NCBI GenBank assembly: GCA_011525755.1
Contig: WYBS01000033.1
Coordinates: 3,691-67,690, forward strand
Source of the DNA: Planctomycetaceae bacterium
GTDB taxonomy: Bacteria > Planctomycetota > PLA2
Direction: 5' to 3'
DNA: 64,000 bases
The translations under genes were made by a program, and so were the position numbers. The notes below the pieces were generated by a model. That model had not been told where the DNA came from. It worked only from the letters and a program-made list of their open reading frames with translations, and did no database searches. Positions 57,743 through 64,000 of this stretch are shown here, piece by piece; within the stretch, counting starts at the first letter, position 1, and each line of letters starts with the position of its first letter.

Positions 57743-59004
57743 GCCCGCGCGTCCTGATGGTCGCGTACCACTATCCGCCGTGCACGGGGAGCAGCGGGAT
57801 CCAGCGCGCGCTCACGTTCTCGCGCTATCTGCCGGAGCGCGGGTGGGACCCGGTCGTGCTGTCCGCGCACCCGCGCGCGTACGAGGCGAGGTCGGACGAC
57901 CAGCTGAAGGACATCCCCCTTGGCGTGCCGGTGCACCGCGCGTTCGCGCTCGACGCGAAGCGGCACCTGTCGATCGGCGGGCGCTACCCGGGGTTCCTCG
58001 CGCGGCCCGACCGGTGGGCGACTTGGGCGCTCGGCGCGGTCCCGCTCGGGATGAAGCTCGTGCGGCGGTACCGCCCCGCGGCGATCTGGACCACGTACCC
58101 GATCGCGACGGCGCACCTGATCGGGCACCGGCTCCAGCGGAGGACCGGCCTCCCGTGGATCGCGGACTTCCGCGACTCGATGACGGAGGAGGGGTATCCC
58201 TCGGACCCGCGGCAGTTCCGGGCGTTCCGGGAGATCGAGCGGCGCGCGATGGAGCACGCGGCGCGGGTCGTCTTCACGACGCCCGGCGCCGTGCGCATGT
58301 ACCGCGAGCGGTACCCGTCGGCGCCCGCGGAGAAGTTCGTGGTGCTGCCGAACGGGTACGACGAGGCCCCGTTCGCGGAGGCCGAGCGCGGATTGGAAGT
58401 GGGGGGGCGCGGGGGGCCGGTGACGCTCGTGCACAGCGGGATCCTCTACCCGTCGGAGCGGGACCCGCGGCCGTTCTTCGACGCGCTTGCGGAGCTGAAG
58501 CGCTCGGGCGCGGTGGACGCGGCGCGGCTGCGGATCGTGCTCCGCGCGACGGGCCACGACGCGACCCACGGCGCGGAGATCGAGAAGCGCGGGATCGGCG
58601 ACATCGTGAAGCTCGAGCCGCAGGTGCCGTACCGCGATGCGCTGAAGGAGATGCTCCGCGCGGACGGGCTCCTGCTCTTCCAGGCGAGCAACTGCAACCA
58701 CCAGGTGCCGGCGAAGGTATACGAGTACTTCCGCGCGCGGCGTCCGATCCTCGCGCTGACGGACGCAAGCGGCGACACGGCGGCGGTGCTGCGGGACGCA
58801 GGCGTCGGCACGATCGTGCCCTTGGACGACGCGGCGGCGATCGCGAGGGGCCTCGTGGAGTTCCTCGCGCGGGTGCGCGCGGGCGAGGCGCCGGTCGCGA
58901 GCGACGTGGAGCGCCACTCCCGCCGCGGCCGCACCGAGGAGCTCGCGGATGTGCTCGCCGCCGCGTCGCGCGCCGCGCAGCCGAAGGCGGTCGCGGCGCT
59001 CTAG
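57739..59004 (+). CDS. Glycosyltransferase (exosortase-A-associated HYPP-motif family)
   Basis: GTG overlaps the upstream TGA (GTGA). VLMVAYHYPPCTGSSGIQR. Confidence 0.8.
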   Translation: MSPRVLMVAYHYPPCTGSSGIQRALTFSRYLPERGWDPVVLSAHPRAYEARSDDQLKDIPLGVPVHRAFALDAKRHLSIGGRYPGFLARPDRWATWALGAVPLGMKLVRRYRPAAIWTTYPIATAHLIGHRLQRRTGLPWIADFRDSMTEEGYPSDPRQFRAFREIERRAMEHAARVVFTTPGAVRMYRERYPSAPAEKFVVLPNGYDEAPFAEAERGLEVGGRGGPVTLVHSGILYPSERDPRPFFDALAELKRSGAVDAARLRIVLRATGHDATHGAEIEKRGIGDIVKLEPQVPYRDALKEMLRADGLLLFQASNCNHQVPAKVYEYFRARRPILALTDASGDTAAVLRDAGVGTIVPLDDAAAIARGLVEFLARVRAGEAPVASDVERHSRRGRTEELADVLAAASRAAQPKAVAAL

Positions 59005-59231
59005 CGCTGGGCCAAGCTGCCCCGAGTAGGTCTAGCGGGAGGGTCCGGACGGCCGGATGCTCGTGCGCGCCGGCGCAAGCGAGGTCGTGTTCGTGAAGCG
59101 GCTCAGCGAGCGATGGACGCCGTTCGGGGCGGTCCGGAGGCGGGCGGGCGAGGTCGGCAGGCGCCGCTCCGCGAGCGCGGACAGAGCTCCGCCGCGGTGC
59201 GGACGGCGAAAAGCGTGATGTGCGAAGAGGG

Positions 59232-60377
59232 CTACGCCGCGTGACGCAGGCGGAGCACGGGCAGGCGGCTGTCGCCCGAGACGAATCGGACGGCGAGGAC
59301 GCCACGCGTCAGATTGCGCGGTCGCCGTCGGGGTCGGCCATGGTGGACGTCGTCGGGCGTTCGGAACCCGAGCGACGTGTGCGGCCTCTCGGCGTTGAAC
59401 CAGAGCGCGAACGACCGCATCTGCCGCTCGATCCTCGCGATCGGCCGGTAGAGGAAGAGGCCACGCGCGTACTCGTCCTTCATCGAGCGCCAGAACCGCT
59501 CGACGAGCGCGACGGAGCCCGTTCTGCCGATCGCGCCGAAGCGGCGGCGGATGCGGCGGCGGGCGAGCGCGCGCGCGAACGCCGCGGAGGTGAACTGTCG
59601 GCGGTGGTCGGTGATCAGGTGGCGCGGCGCCCCGTGGCCGAGGACGGCCTCGCGCAGGAGCCTGACGGCGAACGCGGCCGTGGGCTCCTTGGCGCAGACG
59701 CGGAGCGCGAGCACCTTCCTCGAGAACGCGTCGACCACAGCCCCGACGAAGACCGAGCGGAAGAGGCCGCCGACCCGGGTGAAGTCCACAAGCCAGACGT
59801 GGTTCGGTCGCTTCGCGAGGAGCTCGCCGGCGCGGCGCGGGAGGACGCGCGCGCCGGTGGCGGGCCGAGGCCCGGGCTCGCGCAGCGCGCGCTGGACGGT
59901 CGAGCGCGACGCCTTCATGCCGAGCCGTGCGAGGATCCCGGCGATCCGGCGCGTGCCCCAGCGCGGCCACTCGCCCTTGAGGCGGTGCGCGATCTCGCGG
60001 ACGAGGTCGGGGAGCTTGTTCACGGGCGACTTCGCCTGGACGAGGTTCGCGCGTCCGGACCCGACGTCGCGGTTCCAGTTGATGATCGTCTGCGCCGAGA
60101 GTACGAAGGCGCGGGCCGTGGCGGACACGGAGAGCCCGTACCGGGCGCGGTGCCACAGGATCGCGAGGCGCTCCCATGCGCGGTAGCGCGGGCGGCGGCG
60201 CGGGTCGAGACGAAGGAGCCTCGCCCGCAGGAGCTCGATCTGCGCCCGCTGCCGCTCGACCGCCTCGCGCAGCGCGGCGATCTCCGCGACGAGCGGCCGG
60301 CGCCGGACGAGCTGCGCGAGCCAGCGGTCGTGGGCAAGGGCGATCTCGCGGGCGATGAGGAGCAGGGCGCGGAGCAT
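59232..60377 (-). CDS. DDE transposase (rve integrase core) with N-terminal leucine-zipper/HTH, IS481/IS3-like
   Basis: NHVWLVDFT, ITDHRRQFTS and VERFWRSMKDE form the D-D-E triad regions. Coiled coil plus HTH (SVSATARAFVLSAQTIINW) at the N-terminus. Confidence 0.8.
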   Translation of the reverse strand: MLRALLLIAREIALAHDRWLAQLVRRRPLVAEIAALREAVERQRAQIELLRARLLRLDPRRRPRYRAWERLAILWHRARYGLSVSATARAFVLSAQTIINWNRDVGSGRANLVQAKSPVNKLPDLVREIAHRLKGEWPRWGTRRIAGILARLGMKASRSTVQRALREPGPRPATGARVLPRRAGELLAKRPNHVWLVDFTRVGGLFRSVFVGAVVDAFSRKVLALRVCAKEPTAAFAVRLLREAVLGHGAPRHLITDHRRQFTSAAFARALARRRIRRRFGAIGRTGSVALVERFWRSMKDEYARGLFLYRPIARIERQMRSFALWFNAERPHTSLGFRTPDDVHHGRPRRRPRNLTRGVLAVRFVSGDSRLPVLRLRHAA

Positions 60378-60460
60378 CCCGGAAGCGTAGGTGGCGTGCC
60401 GCCGCGCGGCAACGCGGCCGTGCCCCCGGACCCCCTACGCTTCCTGCCACGCGGCGTCCG
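59234..60460 (-). mobile_element. IS element (about 1.23 kb) with about 16-bp imperfect terminal inverted repeats (ACGCCGCGTG[AC]GCAGG)
   Basis: Left repeat at 59234-59250 overlaps the transposase stop codon. Right repeat is cctgccacgcggcgt at 60446-60460. An 11-bp hairpin (ggaagcgtagg ... cctacgcttcc) lies in the 5' leader. Confidence 0.55.
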
Positions 60461-60478
60461 AGATGCCGTGCTCTGGCG

Positions 60479-60685
60479 TCAGCTTGAGCTTGCGCCGCAG
60501 CGCGCGGACGACGCTGTCAGGTCCGCGTTGCTCCCGTGGAACTGGATCGGATAGGAGAGCGTGCGCGTCGGCATCTCCGGGTCCCGGCGCCTGAGCAGGC
60601 GGTGCCCGCCCTTCCCGCGACCCTCGTCCTCCCAGCCGCCGAAATGGCGGACCTTCCGGACGATGTCCCGCCGCTTCGTCGGCAC
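60479..60685 (-). CDS. hicA: HicA-like mRNA interferase toxin (divergent C-terminus)
   Basis: FGGWEDEGRGKGGHRLLRRRDPE resembles the HicA GSHxxF catalytic-His region. Lies 9 nt downstream of hicB. The C-terminus is atypical and a +2 frame also looks HicA-like, so a frameshift is possible. Confidence 0.4.
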   Translation of the reverse strand: MPTKRRDIVRKVRHFGGWEDEGRGKGGHRLLRRRDPEMPTRTLSYPIQFHGSNADLTASSARCGASSS

Positions 60686-60694
60686 CGGCCTCGC

Positions 60695-61021
60695 TCACGC
60701 GACGCCCGCGAGGACGTGCTCCTTCAGATCGACGCGCTGCGGCCCGGGGACGCGGAACGTCCCGACGACGTAGAGGTGGCGCTCGGCGTCCGCGATCTTG
60801 TCCCAGAGCTCGTCCGGCGCGCGCAGGGCGTAGACGCGCTGCGGATCCCCGTCTTCGACCGCGCTCCGGATCTCGAGCTCGAGTGCCGCGCGAAGCTCCT
60901 CCCGCGCCGATGCGACATCCTTCCCGAACGCCGCCGTGTCCGTCTGGAGGCAGTGCGCGACCACAGCGTCGCCGTCTTGGTAGTAGAGGAAGTCGAAGTC
61001 GAAGCGCAGCGTCGGGGTCAT
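60695..61021 (-). CDS. hicB: HicB-family antitoxin
   Basis: FDFLYYQDGDAVVAHCLQTDTAAFGKDVASAREELRAALEL matches the HicB N-terminal RNase-H-like fold pattern. Confidence 0.6.
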   Translation of the reverse strand: MTPTLRFDFDFLYYQDGDAVVAHCLQTDTAAFGKDVASAREELRAALELEIRSAVEDGDPQRVYALRAPDELWDKIADAERHLYVVGTFRVPGPQRVDLKEHVLAGVA

Positions 61022-61025
61022 CGGC

Positions 61026-61226
61026 TCAAACCTCGCGCGTGCTGCCGGCCGTGCGCTCCGTTCGCGCCTCGGAGACGAGCGCGTCCAGCTTGCCCGCCTT
61101 CGAGTCGGCCTCGATCTGCTCGTCCCAGGCGCGGGCGTCGAACTCCGCGAACCACTCCCGGAACTTCCGCAGCTCCTCGGGGGTGAGCCCGCGCACGTGC
61201 TTCTCCAGCTTCTCGAGGTTGGTCAT
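61026..61226 (-). CDS. Small addiction-module antitoxin-like protein (orphan)
   Basis: MTNLEKLEKHVRGLTPEELRKFREWFAEFDARAWDEQIEADSKAGKLDAL is a conserved antitoxin-component pattern. No cognate toxin is adjacent. Confidence 0.5.
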   Translation of the reverse strand: MTNLEKLEKHVRGLTPEELRKFREWFAEFDARAWDEQIEADSKAGKLDALVSEARTERTAGSTREV

Positions 61227-61313
61227 GACGCTGCCTCGATCCTACCGCGCCGGGCACCCCCGGCTTGATGCGCTTCCGCAATTCTCCAGGCACGATGCAC
61301 CTCTTTGTACTCG

Positions 61314-61619
61314 TTAGACGGTGTGGACAGGCGCGTCCGCGCCCGCCGCGGATCGGGGTTTCCGTAACTCTTTGCGGCGACCGGGCTTCCGTCGGGACCT
61401 TTCCCGGAGGCGGGCGAGTTCATCCTCGGTGACGCAGACTACCTGCCTGCCCAGCGGGCCGTCCAGATCGCGCGCGCGGACCCGGCCGCGGGCGATCATC
61501 TTGTAGATCGCGTGCACCGTGTACCCGAGTTCGCGCGCCAGGTCGGGTACCCACCACCGACCGCGATCACGTGGGGCGGAAGACCGCCGATCGGGGCCTT
61601 CGCCAAGGGTCCCTCCCAC
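61314..61619 (-). CDS. Excisionase/AlpA-family HTH DNA-binding protein
   Basis: LARELGYTVHAIYKMIARGRVRARDL...VVCVTEDELARLR. GTG start; the true N-terminus is uncertain because the ORF overlaps the WD40 ORF tail. Confidence 0.5.
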   Translation of the reverse strand: MGGTLGEGPDRRSSAPRDRGRWWVPDLARELGYTVHAIYKMIARGRVRARDLDGPLGRQVVCVTEDELARLRERSRRKPGRRKELRKPRSAAGADAPVHTV

Positions 61620-62287
61620 TCCTCACCGGCGTAGGCCCCGGTCGCGATCTCCCCGTCTAGCGTCGCCTTCTTCTCCTCGGACGCCACGTCCCAGACATCA
61701 ACCACTTCGGGTCGCGCGCTCGTGTAGAGCCGGAGCCCATCCGGGCTGAAGGCGAGATCGAAGAAACGGTTCCTCGATCTTGGCAGCGTGAGCGTTGCGC
61801 GGCCCGTCCACGGGTCCCAGAGCACGACCTCGTCGGCGCCGGCCGTCGCCACCCGCTGCCCGTCGGGGCTCCACGTTAGGGCGTCTACCGACCCCGCGTG
61901 CGCGGCGAAGCTACGCACGAGACGCGACGACGCGGCCCCGATCTCCCAGACCACGACGGATCCGTCCTCGTGCCCGGCGACGACGGTCATCCCGTCGGGA
62001 CTCACACACACCTCGCCGGCGGCGTGCTCGGGGCCGACTGGTTCCCCTAGGATCTCGAGCAAGGCAAGATGACCGCCTCGCGACACGGCGATGGCGGTTT
62101 CCGGCCATGCCTCGGCAGCGCCCGGGACCGCGACATCCGACCGGTCAGGCGAGGCCGGAGCGACGCTCTCCTCGTTGCCCTGATGCGGTTCTGCCCTCGG
62201 CCAGATCGCCCGGCGCCATCCCCAGGACGCCAGGACTACGACCGCGAGCACGGCAACCACGGAGAGAGGGCGCAGAGCTCGCCGCAT
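61496..62287 (-). CDS. WD40-repeat protein with N-terminal membrane anchor (3' end overlaps/abuts island genes)
   Basis: MRRALRPLSVVAVLAVVVLASWGW (TM). WD repeats SPDGQRVATAG...VVLWD and AFSPDGLRLYTS. The last about 40 codons overlap the excisionase ORF in another frame. Confidence 0.55.
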   Translation of the reverse strand: MRRALRPLSVVAVLAVVVLASWGWRRAIWPRAEPHQGNEESVAPASPDRSDVAVPGAAEAWPETAIAVSRGGHLALLEILGEPVGPEHAAGEVCVSPDGMTVVAGHEDGSVVVWEIGAASSRLVRSFAAHAGSVDALTWSPDGQRVATAGADEVVLWDPWTGRATLTLPRSRNRFFDLAFSPDGLRLYTSARPEVVDVWDVASEEKKATLDGEIATGAYAGEEWEGPLAKAPIGGLPPHVIAVGGGYPTWRANSGTRCTRSTR

Positions 62288-62339
62288 GGGAATCCCGCGA
62301 CGATTCTATAGCGGCGACGCGCGGCACCGCCGCAGTAGG

Positions 62340-62785
62340 ATGAACGCGGTGCCCCTCCTCCTGAAGTTCCTCGGATGCGCGGTGGTCGTCCTCGGTGTGG
62401 CCGGTTGCGCCCGAGCGGCGGTCCACGTCGCGCCCGCGCAGTTTCCCGAGGATTTCACCACCCTCGGGGCCGAGTGGGAGCAGAGAGTCCAGATCACGCG
62501 CTTCACGGGATACGGCCCGGACGAGTTCTTCGTGATCTCGGAGATCAGCGACCGCACGCCGACGATTCGCTACGCCATCGCGATCCGTGTTGCCTCGCTC
62601 GGGGTCAACCGAACGGTACTTTCTACCACCTGTACATGCACAACTGCACGACGTGGGCGTTCCGTGTAGCTCAAGCCGGCGGCGTGGATGTCCGCAGGTA
62701 TGGGCTCGGTTCCACTATGCCCCACGCCGCAGCGCTCGCGCTTGCCGGCGACAACGGCACTCCAAATCCACAGAGGCAAAAGTGA
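62340..62785 (+). pseudogene. Lipoprotein with LRAT/NlpC-P60-like motif (YHLYMHNCTTWAF), apparently frameshifted near 62600-62640
   Basis: Frame 1: MNAVPLLLKFLGCAVVVLGVAGC (lipobox) ... stops at 62669. Frame 2 (ORF 62375..62785) continues with ...GTFYHLYMHNCTTWAFRVAQAGGVDV. Confidence 0.35.
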
Positions 62786-63984
62786 GACGCGTCATCGTGC
62801 TGGCCAGCGTGTGCGTCCTGTGCGCAGCCGACGAAGATCTGTCGGCCGTGGCCGCAGCGGAGGCCGTCGTTGAAGACGACAAGGGTGGCACCCGAACAGT
62901 CGCGCAAGCCGTCAGGCATGGCGACAAGATCTGGGAGCCGCTCCGGATTGCCTCCGACAACTACGCCCGCGTGACGCCACATACTGCCACGCGGATTGTC
63001 GATGTTCTGGTGGGAGTCCGCACGGAAGCCGCCATCATCGAGGCGGAGCTGCTGTTTCGGCGCAAGGATCCACTCCTGAAGGCTGTCGGCGCAACCGCGC
63101 TGGCTCGCCTCGGCGCACCGAACAAGGCCGAAGTACGCACGTTTGTGATTCGACTTCTCCGGGAGAGGGTCCGCACAGGCGTCGTTGGAGCGATTCGAGG
63201 GGAGACGGAGATTCGACTCGCGCTGCAGGCCGCTTCGGCCGTGGGAGACGAGGAGATGGTCGATGTGCTCGCGGATGTTGTCGCGAGCGACGTTAGGAGG
63301 GTCTTTCACGTGGACGTCTGTTCCGCAATGGCGAGCGTAGGATCGACCAAGGCCCTCGACCGGTTGCGCGGATACCTCTCCGAGTGGGACTTGGAATACG
63401 CGGCCGCAGCAATGCACGCGCTGGTGTATTGCGAGCGGGCGGATGCGATACCGCTCGCCATTGAGAGATTGCCGGCACTTCCGACGGCACGTGCCGACGC
63501 CATTGCCCGCGAGCTGCAGCTCGCGACAGGGCAGCTCTATGGGCCAGATCGGCGCGCGTGGAACGGCTGGTGGGAGAGCGTCGGGACGCGGTTCGACATC
63601 AGGAGTGGTGTGAGTGCGGGAGTCGCGCGACAGAAGGACAGGGAACACCTGCGGATGCTCGCGACCGCGATGGCGATGAGCGGAGACGTGCCGCGGGCAG
63701 GAGGCGCTGTCGATGTGTACGCGGTGGCAGGTCGGGTGCCGCTGTCGTCATTTCGGAGTGAGCGCCTCGGTACCGGCCCAACGGAGACACAAGTTCGCGA
63801 AGGTGACTACAGCACGTTTCCCTGGGAGCGCTACAAGGGGACGCGCCAGCTGAAGCAACCAGAACCACTTCCGCTACTTTGGGAGACCAAGCCGGACGAC
63901 GGGGGCATGCGCCTTGTGGCGATGAGCGACGGGACTGTTCGGTACTGGGACACGCCGACCTTGGAGGCCGCGCTGCGCGATTAG
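62782..63984 (+). CDS. Secreted alpha-helical repeat (HEAT/ARM-like) hypothetical protein
   Basis: GTG at 62782 with AGAGG 8 nt upstream. Signal-like VRRVIVLASVCVLCAADEDL. Lies in the lower-GC region. Confidence 0.5.
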   Translation: MRRVIVLASVCVLCAADEDLSAVAAAEAVVEDDKGGTRTVAQAVRHGDKIWEPLRIASDNYARVTPHTATRIVDVLVGVRTEAAIIEAELLFRRKDPLLKAVGATALARLGAPNKAEVRTFVIRLLRERVRTGVVGAIRGETEIRLALQAASAVGDEEMVDVLADVVASDVRRVFHVDVCSAMASVGSTKALDRLRGYLSEWDLEYAAAAMHALVYCERADAIPLAIERLPALPTARADAIARELQLATGQLYGPDRRAWNGWWESVGTRFDIRSGVSAGVARQKDREHLRMLATAMAMSGDVPRAGGAVDVYAVAGRVPLSSFRSERLGTGPTETQVREGDYSTFPWERYKGTRQLKQPEPLPLLWETKPDDGGMRLVAMSDGTVRYWDTPTLEAALRD

Positions 63985-64000
63985 AATGAGTGAAGCGGCT

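Noticed and set aside
60435-60698. 87-aa ORF overlapping hicA in another frame
   Set aside because: Mostly low-complexity. Its C-terminal 25 aa resemble a HicA C-terminus. I kept the 68-aa frame as hicA and note a possible frameshift instead of calling a second gene.
1-64000. CRISPR arrays, rRNA, tRNA
   Set aside because: No regularly spaced 25-40-bp direct repeats were seen. No tRNA cloverleaf-compatible sequence and no rRNA-like conserved blocks were recognised.

Overview
High-GC (about 70%) bacterial chromosomal segment. The gene content looks myxobacterial or deltaproteobacterial: PilT paralogues, FHA-domain Ser/Thr kinases, large TPR proteins and an RRM protein with a Gly-rich tail. Almost every long antisense frame in the ORF track is an artefact of the GC richness. 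Genes were called from recognisable protein motifs, start-codon context and stop/start overlaps.

Layout of the window:
(1) 1-3155: a transglutaminase-like lipoprotein gene that runs off the 5' edge, and an FAD oxidoreductase.
(2) 3179-4412: a Y1/HUH (IS200-like, REP-associated tyrosine transposase (RAYT)-like) transposase gene carrying a C-terminal HTH extension. It is flanked by about 24-bp inverted REP-like repeats and sits in an AT-richer pocket.
(3) 4422-13260, minus strand: one tightly coupled operon with 4-nt GTGA and 1-nt TAATG stop/start overlaps. It encodes a membrane-anchored family-5 solute-binding protein, OppB-like and OppC-like permeases that each carry a large inserted domain, and no ABC ATPase. 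These are followed by an IPT/TIG lipoprotein, a small DUF4863-like protein and two tandem PilT-family hexameric ATPases. This is my best candidate for an undescribed envelope system.
(4) 13339-26822: thiI, a small membrane protein, two tandem FHA-Ser/Thr kinases, a zinc-ribbon TPR protein plus a 1238-aa TPR protein, an RRM RNA-binding protein with a terminator, an EF-hand membrane protein and a TolB-like lipoprotein.
(5) 26983-29789: a 2H phosphoesterase, a nucleotidyltransferase, a family-4 UDG-like protein and a membrane protein.
(6) 29971-59004: a roughly 29-kb polysaccharide locus of the PEP-CTERM/exosortase-A type. It contains rmlDBAC, wecB, three tandem AsnB-family amidotransferases (one lacking the Cys nucleophile), a beta-helix glycanase-like protein, an RDD protein, four GT4 glycosyltransferases, a Wzy/O-antigen-ligase-like protein, a FemAB-like protein, a polysaccharide deacetylase, a UDP-sugar dehydrogenase, a GNAT protein and the hallmark ACP / AMP-ligase / PLP-decarboxylase triad. 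No exosortase gene is present in the window. A 640-bp leader upstream of the triad carries four direct repeats.
(7) 59234-63984: a lower-GC mobile-island remnant. It holds an IS element (rve transposase with about 16-bp inverted repeats), hicB-hicA, an orphan antitoxin-like gene, an excisionase-like HTH gene, a WD40 gene whose 3' end overlaps the island, a probably frameshifted LRAT/NlpC-P60-like lipoprotein gene and a secreted helical-repeat protein.

No rRNA, tRNA or CRISPR array was recognised.
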